Shown here piece by piece: positions 18,513 through 19,068 of a stretch of DNA of 19,068 bases. Under the pieces are notes generated by a model. That model had not been told where the DNA came from and made no database searches. It saw only the letters and a program-made list of their open reading frames with translations. How positions within the stretch are numbered: position 1 is the first letter of the stretch; each line of letters starts with the position of its first letter. The stretch lies in contig NW_021824437.1 in assembly GCF_006345805.1 (NCBI RefSeq), forward strand, positions 1-19,068, written 5' to 3'. Both the position numbers and the translations under genes were made by a program. The DNA is from Octopus sinensis. Lineage: Eukaryota.

Positions 18513-19068
18513 ATTCACATAACAATACACAACACGTCAGTCACAAAAGACATATTTTACAAAAGACCAGGACTCTCCAATATTTGAATTTCTCCTCTTG
18601 CCATTCCTCACACAGCAAAAGAAACATTCCATACAGCATGGCAAGACCTATCTCTACTATGGTGATTGACCCCAAAATACGTCAAATCCGACTCAACGAG
18701 CTCAAAGACTTCTTAAACCAAAAATACTCCTTAGGATTAATAAAAGAGGCAATTTAAAAGGCGATGAAGCTGAGCGTTACACAAATAAGGACACGAAAGG
18801 AAAAAAATTAATGAACACACGATTCCATTTTTTAATACACACAAACCTGGGGTAGCCAACATCTTTCACAACATAAAATCAAATCTAGATATACTGTTAC
18901 AAAGCCCCAAAATGAAAAATCCGGTTGATAAGAACCCCATACGAAACAGTAGACGCCAACCAAAAAATCTTTAAAAACACCTCACAAGAGGAAAAATCAT
19001 ATCAGAGAATTAATTAGAATTCTCTGCAAAAATAATGTGGAGGTAGATGTGGAACATGGAATAAAAAG
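18513..19068 (+). pseudogene. Penelope-like retroelement ORF remnant (RT C-terminus/thumb and linker toward GIY-YIG), runs off the window
   Basis: With frameshifts and stops: ITIHNTSVTKDIFYK / TRTLQYLNFSSCHSSHSKRNIPYSMAR...RLNELKDFLNQKYSLGLIKEAI / IPFFNTHKPG...NSRRQPKNL*KHLTRGK...CGGRCGT. Matches PLE motifs (YxKPT..QYLxxxSxHP, IPYSxAxR, IPFxxxYxP, RRxxNLxxxL, Cys cluster). Confidence 0.88.

Overview
Eukaryotic, AT-rich, repeat-saturated genomic DNA with no confidently callable host gene. It is most likely Octopus/cephalopod, inferred from my recognition of the SINE families and not from a database search. Almost all long ORFs in the six-frame track are translations of microsatellites. The window contains: (i) three copies of one non-autonomous mariner family with an inverted left arm, the first carrying a 34-bp minisatellite amplified out of transposase coding sequence; (ii) a second, internally deleted mellifera-type mariner; (iii) two tRNA-derived SINE families, one occurring as one head plus tandem bodies (x2 and x4) and one CORE-like SINE with an internal microsatellite (3 full, 2 partial copies); (iv) an intact 388-bp non-autonomous Helitron plus a second Helitron 3' end; (v) two Penelope-like element (PLE) termini, each encoding a minimal type I hammerhead ribozyme on the minus strand, and a decayed PLE RT-linker ORF at the right edge; (vi) several kb of micro- and minisatellites, including a 2.5-kb GT-derived minisatellite. 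The most interesting signals are the hammerhead ribozymes, the SINE multimers with a recurrent junction, and the transposase-born minisatellite whose origin can be reconstructed. None is shown here to be a wholly new system; their novelty needs database checks.
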